Source: Candidatus Cloacimonadales bacterium (GTDB taxonomy: Bacteria; Cloacimonadota; Cloacimonadia; Cloacimonadales; JAIOQZ01). From it: 64,000 bases of DNA. Location: NCBI GenBank assembly GCA_963665815.1, contig OY762463.1, positions 960,001 through 1,024,000 of the forward strand, in the 5' to 3' direction. The translations under genes were made by a program, and so were the position numbers. Shown here piece after piece: positions 1 through 10,825 of this stretch; position 1 is the stretch's first letter, and the number at the start of each line of letters is the position of its first letter. Below the pieces are notes generated by a model. It made no database searches and was not told the DNA's origin. It saw nothing but the letters and a program-made list of their open reading frames with translations.

Positions 1-1112
1 GTCTCACCATTCCAGATTGTGCTGTGAGATCCGGCAGAAACCTGAGCGTCTACCAGAGTCTTTACTTTTTGTCCTTTGAGATTATAAATCTCAAGACATA
101 CTTCTCCGGGATTGTTCAGACTGTATTGTATGGTTGTTTCAGGATTGAATGGGTTCGGGTAGTTGGTCAGTAAAAATACAGGTGCTGGTGCATTTTCAGT
201 TACAACGGTTACTGCCACATATGTAAAAACATCCCTGAAGGATTCAAGCCACAGTCCTCCAGAATAAATTTCAGAATCAAGCCGCACAAGTCGCATTTCG
301 TTATCATAGCTATATCTATATCTCATTTCAGGAGTCCACAAACTGTCCTGCCAGACATAATAATTACATACTGACGGTAAATCTCCATTTAGTTGATATT
401 CAAGCTTTGATCTGTTGTATAATATTGTGTCATCATTTATATCATAATTCTGCTTAAGTCTTTCGGTAATTGCAGTACCATTGTGAGTAATTGTATAAAG
501 TGTGCTACTTATCCATGTTCCACTGAAGTACTTTCTACATATTCCAATTGTGTTTGCTGAATATGTCAGTTCGTATTTTGTGTAGTTTTCCCACTGCCCG
601 GCATTTTTTATTTCATGTAGAACCTCTGTAATTCTATCCTGATCGTAAGTAAAGATTCTTCTTTCTGTATCAAACCAGCTTGGATCCTGAAAGTTCTGTT
701 TAGTTATCCGTGTCAGATTACCATTTGAATCATGAGCTAAAATGTATCTGCATTGCAAAACACTACTCAAATCATCAATCACATAGTTATATAATTCATC
801 AATATTACCATTACTCCACACTACACCATAAATTTTTTGAGAGCCAATTATGTTTGGATATGCTCCTGAGACCGAGTCTATTTTCCCATTTGAGTAATAC
901 ATGTTTACATCTGTAAAGATTGAATCATTAGAATCTAAAAGTGTCCACGAGCTAACAGCCTTTTCATTCCAGTTAAAAACATCAACATAATGACCTTCAC
1001 CGACATAACCCATGATCGTTTTGTAAAAAGCCTGTCTTTCACTGTTTTGAGAAAATAAGCTTCCAACAGGCACAAGCAATAAAACTACAAGGAAAAAGTT
1101 AAATCTTTTCAT
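1..1112 (-). CDS. Secreted protein with C-terminal FlgD-Ig/T9SS type A sorting-like domain (runs off window start)
   Basis: Not in the ORF track. SD GGAGG then ATG at 1112 gives signal peptide MKRFNFFLVVLLLVPVG; near the window edge the minus strand reads LTNYPNPFNPETTIQYSLNNPGEVCLEIYNLKGQKVKTLVD...STIWNGE. Frame continuity in between was not fully checked. Confidence 0.8.
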   Translation of the reverse strand, partial: MKRFNFFLVVLLLVPVGSLFSQNSERQAFYKTIMGYVGEGHYVDVFNWNEKAVSSWTLLDSNDSIFTDVNMYYSNGKIDSVSGAYPNIIGSQKIYGVVWSNGNIDELYNYVIDDLSSVLQCRYILAHDSNGNLTRITKQNFQDPSWFDTERRIFTYDQDRITEVLHEIKNAGQWENYTKYELTYSANTIGICRKYFSGTWISSTLYTITHNGTAITERLKQNYDINDDTILYNRSKLEYQLNGDLPSVCNYYVWQDSLWTPEMRYRYSYDNEMRLVRLDSEIYSGGLWLESFRDVFTYVAVTVVTENAPAPVFLLTNYPNPFNPETTIQYSLNNPGEVCLEIYNLKGQKVKTLVDAQVSAGSHSTIWNGE

Positions 1113-1300
1113 AATTTCCTCCATTTATCCAAGATCGTAGCTTATCTTATATTATTGTCAAGCAATCTTTTATTGCATTAAATTGAGATTTTATATAAAA
1201 ATGGTCGCAACTTAGTAAACTTCATAAGTCTCTTGAGGCAGAATAGGTATTCTTACAAAAGGTCGTTTGTCTCCAGAGGAGAATCCTTAAATCAGGTTAG

Positions 1301-1338
1301 AACAAAAAAGGCTGTCAGAATACTAACAGCCTTTGTTC
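1301..1338 (-). terminator. Intrinsic terminator downstream of XRE gene
   Basis: AAAAAAGGCTGT...ACAGCCTTT hairpin with a T-run on the minus strand. Confidence 0.6.
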
Positions 1339-1376
1339 AAATCTTGTACAAAGCAAGTCTTAACAGTAGTCACACC

Positions 1377-1706
1377 TTAACGATTACGTCTTAATTCATC
1401 AATAAGAATATCCTGCAGTTTGATAATTTTATCTTTTTCTGCAATTATTGCATCCTTGTTATCGATGATTCTTTCATAGAACTTTGTCTTTTCGTCATCA
1501 AGTTCCTCAACAGGTGATTTGTAAAAATAAGACTCTTCAACGTCAAAGAATTCGGCAAGTTTCTGAGCATTTCTTTTGCTGATTTTACTTCCGTTTTCAT
1601 AAGCTGACAGAGTAGGTCTGGATATTTGAACTTCACTGCTTAATGCATGTTGAGAAAGACCACTTTTAATCCTGAGTACGCGTAAACGATCACCTGAACC
1701 TCTCAT
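1377..1706 (-). CDS. XRE-family HTH regulator with C-terminal coiled coil
   Basis: RLRVLRIKSGLSQHALSSEVQISRPTLSAYENG...KLAEFFDV is an HTH_3 signature; SD GGAG present. Confidence 0.9.
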   Translation of the reverse strand: MRGSGDRLRVLRIKSGLSQHALSSEVQISRPTLSAYENGSKISKRNAQKLAEFFDVEESYFYKSPVEELDDEKTKFYERIIDNKDAIIAEKDKIIKLQDILIDELRRNR

Positions 1707-2311
1707 AATATCTCCATTAGTTTAATATTGGGTTAAATATGAAGGGACATGACAAATTGTCAATAAGAATTTACATTGTCAGTCATAAAAATCTTACATC
1801 TTTTGTATCTCATTACATATTATGTTATATCACAATATGTTATAATGTTTACTTTTGCTTGACACTCAATCAATTTTATTATCATAGCATTATTCAAAGC
1901 ATGCTTAAAAATGAATATACTTTCAATAAAACGTTCTTTTTTCAGACATGATTCGACATTTTTGTACACTTTGAGTTATCGACGCATTTACAATAGATAC
2001 TGCTTTCTGATCCACTTTTTCAATCTTGAAAATTTAGCCCGAGTATAATAACGGGATAATTATAGTTTGTCTCAAATACCTCGATGATATTGCTGAATAT
2101 GGATGTTTTTTTGTAACTATAAAAGCAGGGCTCCGTTAAAAAGACGACTGGGGATTTTTGACTTATAATTTTTAAATATGCAAAGATTTCAGCAGCATAC
2201 AATCTCGTTTTACTATCTTTAGAAAACCTGAATATTGTGAAACAGTTAAAAAATGCTTTACTTTAATGAATTATTGAAAATTCATGACTTGAATAATTCC
2301 ACGGGGGATCC

Positions 2312-4540
2312 ATGAAGAAGTTTATTGTCTTAATTGTAATATTATTAAGCCTGAGCGGGGCAATTTATGCAGCCGGCTCAAATGTTATTTCTGAAATTAA
2401 AATTCAGGGAACAACAGTAATTGATGAAGATCTTATCAGATCGGTAATCACATTTAAAATTGGTGAATTTATTGATCAGAATGAAGTATCTAAATCAATT
2501 CGTAACCTTTATCAGCTTGGTGTTTTCGATAACATTAATATCAGTGCAGACGAAACTGATCTTGGTATTGGTATTGTAATAACGGTTAAAGAGTATCCTG
2601 TAATAAAGAAGACCAAAATCAAGGGTAACAAAAAATACTCAAAGGATAAAATTGAGAATGAAGCAGGTTTTGTGGAAGGAGCTTACTGGTCTCCATTCCT
2701 GAAAGCAGAGATTACCAAAGAAGTTAAAAAACACTATAGAGATCTTAGTTACCATTATGCTGAAGTTGAATTTGAAATTGAAGAAAACGAAGACAACACT
2801 GTGAATATTCTTCTTCAGGTCAATGAAGGGCAGAAAGTTAAAATTAAGAAAGTAAGTATAAACGGTAATAAACTTGTAACTGCAAAAGAATTGATTAAAA
2901 AGATGAAAACCAAGAAATCCAGTCTTTTCAGAAGCGGGAAATTCAAGGAAGAAGATTTCAATGAAGATCTGGAAAAAATCATTGCATATTATAACAAAAA
3001 GGGATTCATTGATGCCAGAATCATTTCTCATAATAAAGAAATTGAAGGCAAACACATGTTTATTGAAATCAATCTTTTTGAAGGACAGCAGTTTAAGTTT
3101 GGTAAACTTGAAATAACAGGTAATGAAAGATTTATAACAGATGTATTAATGGAAAAATTCACATTCGAAAAAGGCGATATATTTGATCTTGGACAATTCG
3201 ATATGGAACTCCAGAGTTTATCGGAAATGTATTATGAAGACGGTTATATCTACTCCAGCTTCGATCATATTATTGAGAAAAACGGTGATTTTATTAATAT
3301 TATTATTGAAGTAAGAGAAAACACAAGAGCAAAAATTCACAAGATACATATTGCAGGAAACAGGAAAACAAAAGAAAAAGTTATCAGAAGACAAATTACT
3401 CTTTCCCCGGGAGAATACTATAAACAGTCAAAAGTAATTCAATCATTAAGAAATGTTTACAACCTGGGATTTTTTGAAGCAGATCTTCATCATACTCCGG
3501 AACCAATAAATTCTAACGGTGATATTGATCTGACATTCCATTTGAATGACAAACCTTCAGGTACAGCAAATGGCGGGATTGGATACAACAGCCAGGACAG
3601 TTTTGTGGGAATGCTCAGCATGTCTATGAACAACCTCCTTGGCAATGCCTGGTCATCAAGTTTTTCATGGGAATTCGGTGGATCAACTCAGGACTTTGAG
3701 CTCGATTTTACCAATCCTTACGTATACGATACAAATATACTTGCAGGATTAAGCCTGCACCATACTAAAAAAGAATGGGACTCCTTTAACTATAATGTAC
3801 TTACAAGCGGAGGATCAGTCAGAGTAGGTAAACACCTTGAATCACTGAATTTCTCAAAGCTGATATTCTCCTACTCCCTTACATCGAAAAAATACGAATT
3901 ACAGGACGATGACGATGACGCTTCATCATACCTTCTGGAATTAACTGAAAAGGGTTATCAGCATAACAGCTCAGTAAGTGTTACATTCTCTCGTGACAGC
4001 AGAGATAATTATTTCTTTGCAACCGGAGGAACTCAACTCACACTTTATAATGAGATTGCAGGCGGAGCACTTCAGGGAGACTTTGATTACTACAAAGCTA
4101 TAGGGGAATTCAGATGGTATGTTCCCACATTCTGGAAGCTTGTACTCAGATCTAAGCTCAGAATGGGATACGCAACTGCTTTCGGCAGTTCAGAAGAAGT
4201 TCCACCTGAAGAAAGATTCTATCTTGGCGGAACAGGTTCTGACGGTATCAGAGGTTATGCGGACAGATCTATTGGACCTCAGGATGGAGGTATTAGAGAG
4301 ATCTTATTCTCGACAGAATATGCATTCCCTATAGCCCCGGAAACTGTCATAGGGCTCTTATTCTTTGATTCAGGTAACAGTTATAATAATTTTGAAGAAT
4401 TTAATCTCTGGGAGCTTAAAAAAGGTGCAGGGGCAGGTGTAAGAATAAAAACACCTCTCGGACTCATAGGATTTGACTTAGCTCGCAATTTTGAAGACAA
4501 ATCATGGGAACCTCACTTTCAGTTCGGTACAACTTTCTAA
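2312..4540 (+). CDS. bamA: Outer membrane protein assembly factor BamA
   Basis: Signal peptide, POTRA repeats (I..I.I.GN..T...VIRR), IRGY motif, TPLG.I.FD, C-terminal F. Confidence 0.95.
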   Translation: MKKFIVLIVILLSLSGAIYAAGSNVISEIKIQGTTVIDEDLIRSVITFKIGEFIDQNEVSKSIRNLYQLGVFDNINISADETDLGIGIVITVKEYPVIKKTKIKGNKKYSKDKIENEAGFVEGAYWSPFLKAEITKEVKKHYRDLSYHYAEVEFEIEENEDNTVNILLQVNEGQKVKIKKVSINGNKLVTAKELIKKMKTKKSSLFRSGKFKEEDFNEDLEKIIAYYNKKGFIDARIISHNKEIEGKHMFIEINLFEGQQFKFGKLEITGNERFITDVLMEKFTFEKGDIFDLGQFDMELQSLSEMYYEDGYIYSSFDHIIEKNGDFINIIIEVRENTRAKIHKIHIAGNRKTKEKVIRRQITLSPGEYYKQSKVIQSLRNVYNLGFFEADLHHTPEPINSNGDIDLTFHLNDKPSGTANGGIGYNSQDSFVGMLSMSMNNLLGNAWSSSFSWEFGGSTQDFELDFTNPYVYDTNILAGLSLHHTKKEWDSFNYNVLTSGGSVRVGKHLESLNFSKLIFSYSLTSKKYELQDDDDDASSYLLELTEKGYQHNSSVSVTFSRDSRDNYFFATGGTQLTLYNEIAGGALQGDFDYYKAIGEFRWYVPTFWKLVLRSKLRMGYATAFGSSEEVPPEERFYLGGTGSDGIRGYADRSIGPQDGGIREILFSTEYAFPIAPETVIGLLFFDSGNSYNNFEEFNLWELKKGAGAGVRIKTPLGLIGFDLARNFEDKSWEPHFQFGTTF

Positions 4541-4625
4541 AAAAAGTTGAAATAAATATTGACACAGAAACGTCGGTTTTATTTGTTGTCAGAGTGCTTC
4601 AGCAATGAGGTTTGACTAAATGCTA

Positions 4626-4704
<79 letters not shown>

Positions 4705-4711
4705 TTTTAAT

Positions 4712-4787
4712 GGGTGTTTAGCTCAGTTGGGAGAGCACCTGCCTTACAAGCAGGCTGTCAGGGGTTCAAGTCCCTTAACACCCACCA
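4712..4787 (+). tRNA. tRNA-Val(TAC)
   Basis: GGGTGTT acceptor stem, anticodon loop CTTACAA, GGTTCAAGTCC T-arm, 3' CCA. Confidence 0.97.
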
Positions 4788-4791
4788 TTTT

Positions 4792-4821
4792 AAAGGAAGT
4801 CTTTTGACTTCCTTTTTTTTT
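4792..4821 (+). terminator. Intrinsic terminator after tRNA pair
   Basis: AAAGGAAGTC-TTTT-GACTTCCTTT followed by a long T-run. Confidence 0.9.
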
Positions 4822-4877
4822 ATTTACATTTTCGAAGCTGTATTTTACATTCTACAAAAAAAAATGAGGACTCTCAC

Positions 4878-6047
4878 ATGAACATAAATATCAAATCCTT
4901 CTACTCCGAGTTTACTCAGCCGGAACAGATACGCAGAATCACCTCTGCCCTGTCAGCTATCATGTCTGAAAACGATATTACTTTTTCCGAAGCAGATAAT
5001 CCTGATGCTCTTCTCATCCTCTCGGGAGGAACAGAGAATCTCGTCATAGAATTCCTGAACAATTTAGCTGTAAGTAATACAGTTTACTTACTCACACACC
5101 GCAGTAATAATTCACTCCCAGCTGCTCTGGAAATATCAGCCTGGCTGCAGCAGAATGATATTGATTCACATATCATTGATCTGGAATATGCAAATGCTTC
5201 AGAAGAACTGAGAGAAATCATTGTTGAGAAACAACCGCTTTCCGGAAAGAGAATCGGTGTTATAGGCAAACCTTCCGACTGGCTTATTGCCAGCTCACAT
5301 TCTGCGGACATCGTTAAAAGCCAATGGGGAGCTGATTTGGTAGAAATCTCTCTTGCTGATTTCATAAAGAATTTTCAGACAGAAATGCAATTAATCAAAT
5401 CTCATTCACTCGATAGATTTTCAGAAAACTATGTTGAACCGGATAATCTGGATAAACTCAGGGCCCAAGCTGTATATAATGTCTTAAAAGCAATGATAAA
5501 CATTGAAAAACTTGATGCAATCACTATCCGATGCTTTGATCTTGTTAAAGAGCTCAAAACAACCGCCTGTTACGCTCTTGCCAGACTCAATAGTGAAAAT
5601 ATACCTGCAGGCTGCGAAGGCGATATACCAAGCATTATCGGAATGCTGTGGGCAAAGGAACTTACAGGCAAGATTCCATGGATGGCTAATCCATCTGTAA
5701 TAAACAGCGAAACCGGATCAATTATTCTGGCACACTGCACTGCACCACTCCAATATTTAAGCAATATTGTCTACAGATCTCATTACGAATCATCCTGTGC
5801 AGTAGGAATACAGGGTAATCTTAATTTCAAAGAAGTAACTATCTTCAGACTTGGTGGTAAAAAACTGGATAAGATATTCTGTTTCGAAAGCAAAGTAATA
5901 CGTCACCAGAATAAACAGGATTTATGCAGAACACAGATAGAATTATCAATACCGGACAATGCAGTGAAGGAACTGCTGAGAAATCCACTGGGGAATCACT
6001 TACTTGTATTACCGGGAAAACACAGCACGTTATTGTTAAAAAATTGA
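4878..6047 (+). CDS. L-fucose isomerase-like family protein
   Basis: NSLPAALE, TIRCFDL, AGCEGD, WMANP, AHCT, SHYES, CRTQ, PLGNH motifs. Confidence 0.8.
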   Translation: MNINIKSFYSEFTQPEQIRRITSALSAIMSENDITFSEADNPDALLILSGGTENLVIEFLNNLAVSNTVYLLTHRSNNSLPAALEISAWLQQNDIDSHIIDLEYANASEELREIIVEKQPLSGKRIGVIGKPSDWLIASSHSADIVKSQWGADLVEISLADFIKNFQTEMQLIKSHSLDRFSENYVEPDNLDKLRAQAVYNVLKAMINIEKLDAITIRCFDLVKELKTTACYALARLNSENIPAGCEGDIPSIIGMLWAKELTGKIPWMANPSVINSETGSIILAHCTAPLQYLSNIVYRSHYESSCAVGIQGNLNFKEVTIFRLGGKKLDKIFCFESKVIRHQNKQDLCRTQIELSIPDNAVKELLRNPLGNHLLVLPGKHSTLLLKN

Positions 6048-6059
6048 ATCACCTGAGTT

Positions 6060-6974
6060 TTAGACTACTTTAGTCTTTGATGCTTTCTTCGTCTTATGTG
6101 TTATCAGGTATCCTGCGGCAATGATAAGTATTCCACCTATTACAAGGTTTGTGTTAAGCTGCAGATTAAGGAAAAGATACTCGTTTATTGTAGTAAACAG
6201 AATAGTGAAGACAAATAGAATAGATGTCAGATTTACCGGCAGATATTTCATTGCATAGTTCCAGAACAGATATGATAAACCACTCTGGAAAACTCCCATT
6301 TCAATCAGCCAGAACCATTGTACGGCTGTATATGGCTTTTGTCCGGAAGTAAATATGAAAGGAATCATTGTAACAGATGAGATGACAAATATCTTGAACA
6401 GGAATTGAATTACTCCAACCGGATTCCCCTGCACGGCTTTAACCAGAACAGATGAGAAAAACGTATAGAATCCAAATGTTATTCCAGTAGCTGCTCCGAG
6501 TATGACTCCAACCAGATATTTATCCGAGGACAAATCGAGATTCCCTTTACCGTATACAATCAGGATCAATCCCGCAAAGGCCGTGAGGAATGAAAATATT
6601 TCTTTCTTGGCAGGAGCTATTTTATAGATAGCAAAACTCATCATAAAAACAAATATCGGTGACAGATTTTCCAGAATCATCACCAGTGTCCCCGGTAAAT
6701 ACTTTAGAGCCATATGATAAATGATTGAGTTCCCTGTAAGTCCAATCAGGGAAACGAAAATAGTCAGTTTAGCATTGCTTTTCCAATTTATTTTCATTTC
6801 TCTTTTAGCGAGAAGAAATAATCCGAAGACAATTGTCCCAATCCAGAACCTGAAACCTGTCACGAAATACATATCTACACCCTGTAAAGCAAGATACCGG
6901 CCTGCGGGTCCGTGTATACCCCATGAAAACAATGCTATAAAAGCAAATAACAATCCTTTAGTTCTATCACTCAT
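6060..6974 (-). CDS. DMT/EamA family transporter
   Basis: About 10 TM segments, two EamA repeats, SWG and Y.FWNYA motifs. Confidence 0.9.
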   Translation of the reverse strand: MSDRTKGLLFAFIALFSWGIHGPAGRYLALQGVDMYFVTGFRFWIGTIVFGLFLLAKREMKINWKSNAKLTIFVSLIGLTGNSIIYHMALKYLPGTLVMILENLSPIFVFMMSFAIYKIAPAKKEIFSFLTAFAGLILIVYGKGNLDLSSDKYLVGVILGAATGITFGFYTFFSSVLVKAVQGNPVGVIQFLFKIFVISSVTMIPFIFTSGQKPYTAVQWFWLIEMGVFQSGLSYLFWNYAMKYLPVNLTSILFVFTILFTTINEYLFLNLQLNTNLVIGGILIIAAGYLITHKTKKASKTKVV

Positions 6975-7233
6975 AATTTGCTACCTGATATCTTCGCATA
7001 ACTACGAAAATTTACCGATTTTTGATAAATCCAAAAGGTAGAAACCGAAAATCTTTGTCTATAAGTAATTAACAAACTGAGAGAGGTCTTTATATATTTT
7101 GTGTTTTCCCAATTAATAAGATTCAAGTTATACTTTGTTGACAAAGCTGTTTATAATGCTATTGAAGATAGAATACAGTTGGATAGAGTTTGAAATATTG
7201 AAGTGTAATTATGCAATAAGAGACTGAAAACCC

Positions 7234-7267
7234 AAAGCAGAGAGCTCTCCTTATCTCTGCTTTTTTT
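7234..7267. terminator. Intrinsic terminator at 3' end of DUF1801 gene
   Basis: AAAGCAGAGA...TCTCTGCTTT hairpin. Confidence 0.6.
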
Positions 7268-7718
7268 ATTTCCTGCTCTCTTTATAAATGTCAACCCATT
7301 CATCAGCAGTCAGAACACGACATACTTCACCAATGAGTTCATAAGGTATATCGTTCATTCTCTTTAGACGGAGACAGCTCTTCCCCATATCCACCTTGTA
7401 TCTGGAGGTCTTGCTGTATTCTTCTTTAAACCAGTCATAGAGCTTGTCTCCCATGTACATTCCCATGTGATAAAATCCTATGAAGTTCTTCTGATTAGCA
7501 ATACTTATAAATGGTAGAGGCTGATCAGGATTATTCAGGTAACCTTCCGGATACTCACTTAAAGGTACTACATAACCAATCATACCATAGTTTATAGCCT
7601 CATTGAACCCCTCAGGAAGATTCTCAAGAATAACCTGTCTGAGTTTATTGAAGGCATCTTTCCTTTCATCTGGAATTTTTGTGATATATTCTTCGGGTGT
7701 AGCGGCTTCAATTCTCAT
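7266..7718 (-). CDS. DUF1801 (YdhG-like) protein
   Basis: YGMIGYVVP..YP.GY, LPFISIANQKN, DMGKSCLR. Confidence 0.88.
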   Translation of the reverse strand: MRIEAATPEEYITKIPDERKDAFNKLRQVILENLPEGFNEAINYGMIGYVVPLSEYPEGYLNNPDQPLPFISIANQKNFIGFYHMGMYMGDKLYDWFKEEYSKTSRYKVDMGKSCLRLKRMNDIPYELIGEVCRVLTADEWVDIYKESRK

Positions 7719-7767
7719 AATTATCTCCTTGAATATATATGATAATCAAAGTCACACTTCTTAACAA

Positions 7768-8616
7768 CTATCTTTTTTCTAAAGCACTTAGAATCTCTTT
7801 CTTTTCATCATCTGTCAAATTTGAAATCTTATTAATAAGTCGTTTCACTCTGGATTTATCACGACACGAGTATTCTTCAATAGCTTCATTGAAACCTGAA
7901 GCCAGAATTCCTGCCGGTAATGCATACATACCTATCCCTAAAGAAGCTATAATTGATCCTATTATTTTGCCAATAGTTGTCACAGGATATACATCTCCAT
8001 ACCCCACAGAGGTTAATGCTGCCACTCCCCACCACATTGCAGCCGGGATACTGCCAAATGCTTGAGGTTGTGCCTGATTCTCCACAATATATAATACAGA
8101 TGAAGCAATAATCAAAATAACAAGCATGGTTGCTGCTGTCATTACAAGTTGTTCTTTTTTGTTTTTAAGAACTATACTGAATATTGTTAAAGACTCAATA
8201 TAGCGTCCCATCTTAAGAACTCTGAACATTCTGAATAACCTGAGAATTCTCAACATACGGAGATCAACTTTTATCAGTACCGGAAGATAGAATGGCAGTA
8301 TAGCAAGAAGATCAATTATAGCAGATAGTGAAAAAAAATATTTTACTCTACCAGGCATACCTGAATACTTATTATCGTTTTCAGCAGCAGTCCACAGTCG
8401 CAGAAAATATTCAATAGTGAAAACGACAATGGAGAAAACCTCAAATTTTCTGAAATAATTTCCCATAGAGCTTTCAATGCTCTTCACGGTTCCGAGAATA
8501 ACAGTCAGTAAATTCAGGATAATCAACAGCATGATAAAAATATCTACAACTTTACTCATTGACTTTGAGTCTTGTGACGGATTCAATAATTCGTTTATAT
8601 AGGCTTTCAACACCAT
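7768..8616 (-). CDS. Voltage-gated potassium channel (6TM ion transporter)
   Basis: S4 segment LRMLRILRLFRMFRVLK and filter TSVGYGDVYP. Confidence 0.95.
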   Translation of the reverse strand: MVLKAYINELLNPSQDSKSMSKVVDIFIMLLIILNLLTVILGTVKSIESSMGNYFRKFEVFSIVVFTIEYFLRLWTAAENDNKYSGMPGRVKYFFSLSAIIDLLAILPFYLPVLIKVDLRMLRILRLFRMFRVLKMGRYIESLTIFSIVLKNKKEQLVMTAATMLVILIIASSVLYIVENQAQPQAFGSIPAAMWWGVAALTSVGYGDVYPVTTIGKIIGSIIASLGIGMYALPAGILASGFNEAIEEYSCRDKSRVKRLINKISNLTDDEKKEILSALEKR

Positions 8617-8783
8617 TTTTCCTCCTTAGTACAATAATGCTTAAGAATTTAACCGGTTTTAAAAAAGTCAATTCATTACCAAATCATAACCATTCAAACT
8701 TTATTAATGCCCCTTCATTATTTTTTTTAAGACAATTAGTAAAAATAACGTACTATTGATTAAACATTGTCAGGAGTTTTAAA

Positions 8784-10708
8784 ATGAATACAACAGAAAC
8801 AGCACAGCAATCGATATTGTTCATAAATTTTTCTCAAGGATGGGGTGGTGGAGAAAACTGGCACCTTTTAAACTGTATGCAAATGATTGCCAAAGGTCTA
8901 AACGCCATATTGCTGGTAACAAGAAATTCTAAGTTGGAGCAGAAGGCCAGAGCACAAAATATTCGGGTCTACTCAATTGATAAGCCTTCACTCTGGAATC
9001 CTGCAACTCTGCTTATGGTGAATAAAATTTTAAAAGAGCTAAAACCCTCTGTAGTTATACTTAACGGAACAAAAGAATTAAAAATCTGTTCCAGGATTGC
9101 AAAGTCCACAGGAGTTCAAAAAGTTATATTCAGACGAGGTATTCAAAAATGTGTCAGTAAATCAAGTACAAAATACCTTAAGAAATATGTGACCGATGTT
9201 GTTCTGAACTCACAAGCAACATATATTGCTATGCGAAATTCTCTTAAATGCTCAGGACTATATCCCGGGGTAATCATACACAACGGAATAATAATCTAAA
9301 AGGTTATAAAATGAATGCAAAACATTTTGTTTCCAATGATGCTGTTAAAAGTACTTTGTGTAAAAAGACAGATTTAAGAGAGTTTACAATCGCAGTAATT
9401 GCCAGACTTTCCTGTGAGAAAGGCATAGATATTGCAATAAGAAGTATGGTCAATATTGTAAGCATTTTTCCGTACACGAAAATGTTAATTGTTGGAAATG
9501 GTAAGCAGGAAGAACAGCTGAAGACGTTAGCTGTCGACATGGGTTTATCAGGAAACATTGAATTTACTGGTTTTGTGGAAAATGTCGATAGATATATTGA
9601 AGCATGTAATGTTTTTCTGTTGCCTTCGAGATCTGAAGGTTTCGGATTTGTTCTTCTGGAAGCTATGAAGCATAAGAAAGCATGTATAGCTTTCGAAGAT
9701 ACGGCTGCCAGAGAAATAATTGACCATATGGGTACTGGAATACTTTTACCAAGAAATGAAAATCCTGAAGCTGCAATATCATCAGCAGTAAGAATGTTGA
9801 TAGAGAAACCTGAATTATCAAAAGCATTGGGTATTAAGGGATATGAAAAATTATGCAGAAGATTCACTGTCAGCAAATCAACAGATAAACTTGAAAGAGT
9901 CTTTAAGCCTGAGCAACAGCTGAAGCTTCCAAATCTACATATATTTATGTATCATTACGTGAAACGGGCTCCAAAATCAAATGACAATAAGAAAATAATA
10001 AAAGGTCTCTATGTGAAACCGGAGCATTTTTCTTATCAGATGCACATATTGGAGAAGTACAAAATAAACGTCATGAACACGAATGAGTTAGGGAATAAAG
10101 AAATGAAGTCTCCAAATGTGATGATTACTTTTGATGATGGTTGCTCATCAATTTATGAGTATGCATATCCGTTTTTGAAGAAACATAACTTCAGTGCAAT
10201 TGTTTTTCCTATTGTTGAGCTGATAAACAAAAAAGAAGTGTATCCTGGTGGTACTAATCAGGCAAAAACAAATATGCTAACGGAATCAGAAATTAAGGAA
10301 ATGCACTCGAATAGTATTGAGATTGGATCTCACATGATGAATCATGTCCACCTGGACAGTGTCAATCCAGAAAATCTCAATTTTGAGATGAAAGCATCAA
10401 AAATAATTCTTGAAAAAATGACAGGAAGTAAGGTTAATTTGATATGCTATCCCTTTGGTAGTTATAACTCATTTGTACTTGAAAAAGCGGAATCTCTGGG
10501 CTACAAGTACGGATTCACTACAAAATCTGAGCCAAATACTCTCGTGAAACCACTTGAGTTAAGAAGAGTACCGGTTAAAGGACAATCTAACAGAGACATG
10601 TATAAGTTCCTTTATATGGTAAACAGCAAAATTTTGAGACGTAATCCTATCAGCAGTTGCATCAATTCAGTAATTGAATTGTTTAATTTTATCTTCTCAA
10701 ACTCATAA
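8784..10708 (+). pseudogene. GT4 glycosyltransferase fused to polysaccharide deacetylase, split by a frameshift near 9290 (ORFs 8784-9299 and 9248-10708)
   Basis: First ORF is a GT4 N-domain (GWGGGE...IIHNGI). Second ORF is a GT4 C-domain (ARLSCEKG, SRSEGFGFVLLEAM) plus a NodB domain (MYH, ITFDDG, IGSH...H, YPFG). Confidence 0.75.
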
Positions 10709-10825
10709 ACTATATTAAGCAAAAGGATAGCATGTTCAATCCCGAAAGTATGTATCAATCAATATTCCTTGACATATTTTGGCAGAGTGCAATAAATTCA
10801 GCAAAACATGAAGAAGTAGGAATAA

